Positions 58,901 through 64,000 of a DNA stretch of 64,000 nt are shown here, piece by piece (the first letter of the stretch is position 1; the number at the start of each line of letters is the position of its first letter). Origin of the DNA: Auanema rhodensis. Its lineage: Eukaryota; Animalia; Nematoda. The notes under the pieces were generated by a model. It saw only the letters and a program-made list of their open reading frames with translations. It made no database searches and was not told the DNA's origin. The position numbers and the translations under genes are program-made. Location: assembly GCA_964057225.1 (NCBI GenBank), contig OZ059894.1, positions 8,680,001-8,744,000 of the forward strand. The letters run 5' to 3'.

Positions 58901-60556
58901 TTTGTCGTCTAGATGTCTATTTCTTATTTTTTCTCTTTCATTTGCCGTGTTTAGTACTACTTCTTTGTTGAGACATGCAATTTTGATTTTTAAAATCCTT
59001 TTTTTTTACCTTATCTCTCCTCTATTTTTCTATTATTTTACTAGTTTTTCAATGCTTTTTTTTTGCGTTTTCTCCTATACTCTCTATCTTTTTCTCTCAA
59101 ATGGTACTAGCCACTAAATGGTTCCGGCTCGATTTTTCGTTTCCATGATGCCTGAGGCTAGTTGTAGTCATGAATTATCGATAAACTGAACGTCAACCTC
59201 ACCTATCTTCATCTGGCATTTGGCCAATATAAGTTTGACGAGTAGTCAGATAGATCAATTGCTTTTATTCCATTTTGTTTCATTAATACTTTGCCTCATC
59301 TTCATACTCATAAAACTCATAACACATTCAACTTTCAATTGCTCTACTCACTTCTTCCTGGTGCTTGCTTTGCTCCAAAAAAAAGTTGGAAAATCTTGCA
59401 ACTCTTCTCATGAAATTTGCTGTACATCTTGGCAAAAAGGACATTTCAAAACTTTTTTTTTCTCTCACATTTAGATATGTAATCTAATATAAAGTTTGTT
59501 GAAAAGAACTCAGGTTATGTTCATTTTTTGCTCGTAAATCTGTTTTTTGTGATGTCAACTCTGTATAGAAACCATAGTTAACACGATTGTGATGTCGCTA
59601 CGTAAACTCGCAAAGTAAAATTATGCGATTTTACGAAAACTTTGGCCTGTGTGTGCTTGTTTTGCGTCAAAACCAGAGCAACAACATCGATATAACCCAC
59701 ATGGCTTCTATGCAAGGTCTTATGAGATACTGGAATTTTCCTATTGCACGATTATCTTCCTAAATATTGTCATGAAATATGTGTCGAATGAGTAAACATA
59801 TGAAACACTGAATACCGGTAAATCTCTGAGTATCGAAGTTTGCAACGTTGCAAGAAACGGTTTTTTCTTACCCAGATTTACTCATTGATCTACCTGTGCT
59901 TTCGCTCTCACTCAACAGTTCATAGCCCATAAAATCTCTTCACTGTGTTGGCTATTTCTTTCTTCTTTCTTTTCCTTTTTCTCTTCTCTCCATCTCTTCT
60001 TGTCCGTTCGATTAGCTTCGTTTTCTGGGTCTCTGATTGGCCTCGTCTTCAGTCCGAGAGTCCCCACGATGACACAACGAGTCACAGCCTTACTGCACTT
60101 CTCTCTATTCCCGAGATTCGTTTCTTGAAGCTTTTACTTTTTTTACCTTGGACTTTTATCTACTTTAAAGCATTTTATAAACTATTCCATAATTCAGCTT
60201 CAATCTTTCCTTCAATTTATGTTTTTTATAAACTTCTAAAGCTCTGCTAAAGACATATCATGTTTAATCTAATGAGTTACTATAAATGCAAATAACTATA
60301 AACTATTATCGTTTTGATTGGCTTCTTCTCTCTTTCTCTTTTTCCTCTCTCCCTTGTGCCACCTACTTTTCTCTCTCTTTCTCTCTCATTCTCTGTTTCG
60401 TTTCTATTTTGCGATATTCTCTCCTCTCTCATTCGTATTATTCAACATTTTCTTTATCTTATATACTATTTTCTCATCTATCTGTCTATTATATGTTGAC
60501 ATCTTATCCATGCCATAGCTGACTTATATGCTTGCAGTACATCCGATGTGCCCGTA

Positions 60557-62696
60557 ATGCTGTTCACTGGAACTCTACGTGTTCGAGTACTTGAAGCTCG
60601 CGGCTTACGCCCGACAGAATGGTCTCGTCGTTTCACGCAGAATGATACAGTAAGTTGGTTGATATCAATAGTAGTTTTATGTTTGATACTGATAAAATAT
60701 GTGAGATATCTGAGGCTATAGACCGCAACTATGCTCCTCCGTTGCGACATGATCTGTCGTGCTCAATAGCATTCGTACACTCCATCAGTATTTTTTTTTG
60801 CAAATTTTGTTGTCTGTTGCGTGTTCTATCTGTCCGGCTTTCGATATAACTTTGTCAAATGAGAGTATGCTACTTGATTTCTTCTTCCGCCTCTTGCATT
60901 GTCGTTTTTCGTCTCATATTTTTCGGAATTCTCTTCATAGCATAGCTAATTACCGTGTGACCAATAGCTGAGACGATTCCTGATCTGTTCATTTTATAGG
61001 AAAATTTTTTTCCTCATTTTCCGCAAGTAAAAAAGATGTGAGCGAAGCATTGAATTGTTTTATAGGTGACAAGACGAGCAATAATCGTTACTGACGATCT
61101 GACCTCCAAATTGGCAGTGATTAATCTGATGGCGTGAAGCTGATGACGGGCGAAGAGCCTCAGTTAAATTGTCAGAACCATGTTTTCCATGTTTTAATGA
61201 CACGTGATTTCCTTTCCCAGAAGCTTGTTGCTTTTTTTTATGTCCTACCCTCGTATCTTCCAGTGTTCTATCTAATACTGGCCTATAGGCAACTAATCGG
61301 CTACGGCTTTTCTGGGTCTTAACTAAGCCAATCACTTGCTAATTGGCTATTATCACGTGATGAATAAGCTGCTAAGGCGTTATGCTACAATTGAGACATG
61401 TCTTGTAGCAAGAAAGCACAACTGATGTAGATAAAGCCATAATTTTGGAGCAGTTCCTTTTGAGTTAAAATCTGAATTTGACGGAAAGCAGTACGAATTA
61501 TTAGCGAAAATGAAAAGTTTACATGCGTGCTGAGAGTAAGAAAGGGGGGGGGGTTAAAAGACTAAAATACGTCGTTGCGGATCAGGAAACCGACAAGCAA
61601 CAAAGAAAAAATTTTTTTCGAGTTAGTTATATGTAAAGCTGATTCATATTTGCAGGCAACTATCGACTCCTACATCAATGTGGATTGGGATGAATTCCAT
61701 GTGGGTAAAACGAATGTACGACCAAAGACGAACGAACCTAAATGGAATGAAGAGTTTGTGGCTGTAAGTTTTTCATAAATAATAATAATTATTATTATTT
61801 ATTTTATAAAATAATCATGTTTTTCATTTATTTGTTTATCACTATTATCATAATAATGACGTTGAATTAAAATGTTTTTTAAACTATAAAATTACATTTT
61901 GGCTTTTATTAGATCTTTTGATACACATTAAATTGTTTTTTTTTTTTGAAAGCTAATTATATCTGTTTCATTGATATAAGTTTGCTTAAATTGAACCAAA
62001 ATATTATGAAAACAAACACACTAATTCGTTTTTTTTGGATATAAACGTCACTATGACAAAAAGCTCAGGTGCTCCAGATGCTTAATCCATGCACACATAC
62101 AATTCTACACCATGTATAATACAACTATTTAGTCGTCATAATCTTAATCTCATACTAACGTTACATAAAGAAAACATCTTTTTTGATAATAAATATAATT
62201 AAATATATTTATGCTTATATTATATAATTTTATATTTTATTTTTGTTTAATTATTATATAATATGGTATAACTACTTAACCAAAATTCAGCCATGTAATT
62301 CACGTGAAAGTATTTTGACGTAATTCACGTGAAACACGTCATTTTCATTTAATATCAATAAAGCCAAATTATCCTGCTGTGTTTCACAAAATATAATAAA
62401 TTATGTTTTTGTTTATTAATTTTCTAATTTTCAGAATGATGTGCAGTCTGGACGGGCAATCGGCTTTTCAGTCTTTCACAATTGTGTCATGCCTCCAGAT
62501 GATTTTGTAGCCAATTGTCGGATACCCTTTGATGAATTGAAAATTGGATCAAACAACGAAATTTGGGCAAGTTTTAAGCTTTATTCTCTCAAAAAATACT
62601 CAAAATTTGAATATTAATTTTTGATTTTTCAGGTAGATCTTGAGCCACATGGTCAGCTACATATTGCTATTGAATTACATGGAAGCGCAGTTGAAG
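60557..62696 (+). CDS. pkc-1: Novel protein kinase C epsilon/eta, N-terminal C2 domain (first four exons; gene continues beyond the window)
   Basis: Exons 60557-60649, 61656-61763, 62435-62566 and 62633-62696 give MLFTGTLRVRVLEARGLRPTEWSRRF...IDSYINVDWDEFHVGKTNVRPKTNEPKWNEEF...FSVFHNCVMPPDDFVANCRI...WVDLEPHGQLH. Confidence 0.95.
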
Positions 62697-64000
62697 GTTA
62701 GTACTTGAATGCTTTCTCTTCTCATTTCTTTTTCTTGTATTTATTGCTGTTTGGGAGGTTATGCAAGTGTAGAGAAAACTTTGACAATATGGAATTGTTA
62801 ATCTTCATATTGTTATTTTCATCAAATTCTTTCTTTGATTTTTTTCGTCGAAATTCATGAAAATATTTTATATTATACTTTGAAGTGGAATGCGTATGTG
62901 GGGGAGGAAAGCTTTATCTCTTTCTCTTGTTGAACTTATTTTCTCTTTTTCTATTTCTCAATCTCTTTCATGTAGCTGATGAGTTAGTTCATAGTAATGA
63001 GTGCTTCCAACACAGATGGTGATGTATTCGAGGATGATGCTTTCACCAAACATTTGAATAGAATAATCAGTAGTTATTTCATTTTGGTGCCTGCCTGTCG
63101 TCATCTTAGCCCTAACAAGTCTTCAGAAAAAATTAGAAAAAGAGAAAGATATCTTGTAAGAGAGAGACGGATGGACAAGGGGGGAGGAATTTGTAAAGGG
63201 ATGTTCATTTAGTATGTTATAGCTTTATATACATATTTGTACATCGACTCTGAAGAATATGATCGATTGAACGCAATTTTAAAAGTTTTCTGAGCATTGA
63301 TAGCCAAAATATAACCAATAATTTTAACTATATCATATAATATATATGTTATATTTTACTTTTCTCGATACTCTCTCTTGGACATGAGAGAAAGATAGCA
63401 TCATGATTGGAAGGTATAACTATATGAAAGCTTAACATCATTGTATATGTTAATATGACAGCAAAGATATATATTTATTTGATCTATTTGATATAAATAG
63501 ATATGAATATGTTCAAAAACTATGCTCTATGCCTACTAATAACTTTGATGTACAAGCGTGGACCATCGTTCATGTTATAAACTTTTAGTAGAAGCAAATG
63601 CATTTGATTATATATCAAGCAAAAAAAATGAAATAGAATGAAAAACAAAGATTTATAATAGAAATAGAAACAAGGGAGGAATAAGCAATGGATATGAAAA
63701 ACGATGGCAAATAACCAAATAAGGAAGTCAGAATGGATGCAATAAGAAAATAGAATAAGAATGCAATGTGAATGAAGAGTGAAAAATGGTCTTGAAGAGA
63801 GAAGATATAAAAGAAAACTACATGAGTAATGAGATCACCAAAAAAGGCTGAGAGGAAGAGGAAACCAATTCGAAAGCTCAGAGTGTATATTGTGCTTTGG
63901 ATTCTGACGTTGCACAGCTCTCTTCTCTGCCACCAACCTTCAACTCCCCCTCTTCTTCATTCTTTCTCTTTCGCATCGTCATTCGGACATCGATCGTCGT

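Noticed and set aside
47820-60522. Numerous Leu/Ser/Phe-rich ORFs of 60-170 aa
   Set aside because: They are translations of CT-rich low-complexity tracts that lack stop codons. They overlap in several frames and have no splice structure or motifs.

Overview
AT-rich eukaryotic genomic DNA from a rhabditid-type nematode. Indicators are dense ~40-55 nt introns, TTTCAG/TTTTAG trans-splice acceptors just before ATGs, mir-87, a pkc-1 orthologue and TTAGGC-like repeats. Genes were assembled by hand across introns, so most entries in the ORF track are exon fragments or noise. In order the window holds: the 3' part of a type-B carboxylesterase (+); four CYP33-like P450s (-) arranged as a duplicated two-gene cassette (A1-B1-A2-B2); a small CCCH zinc-finger gene (-) head-to-head with exportin-7 (+); an orphan 28S rRNA fragment; a near-identical 3-kb tandem duplication of a GT92 glycosyltransferase; a GH19 chitinase (-); a secreted Trunk/PTTH/Noggin-like cystine-knot protein (+); ALG14 (-) head-to-head with an NCBP3/kup-1-like gene (+) hosting mir-87; ~17 kb of non-coding, partly CT-rich DNA; and the first C2-domain exons of pkc-1. 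The most notable observations are these. (1) P450 paralogues A1 and A2 are almost identical, including introns and promoter, except in three islands that match substrate-recognition sites. (2) One intron in A2 has no AG acceptor. (3) The 3' splice consensus is very relaxed (AAG/GAG). (4) There is a Trunk/PTTH-like ligand. (5) A TIR-bounded element carries telomere-like repeats. All family assignments come from motif recognition, not database searches.
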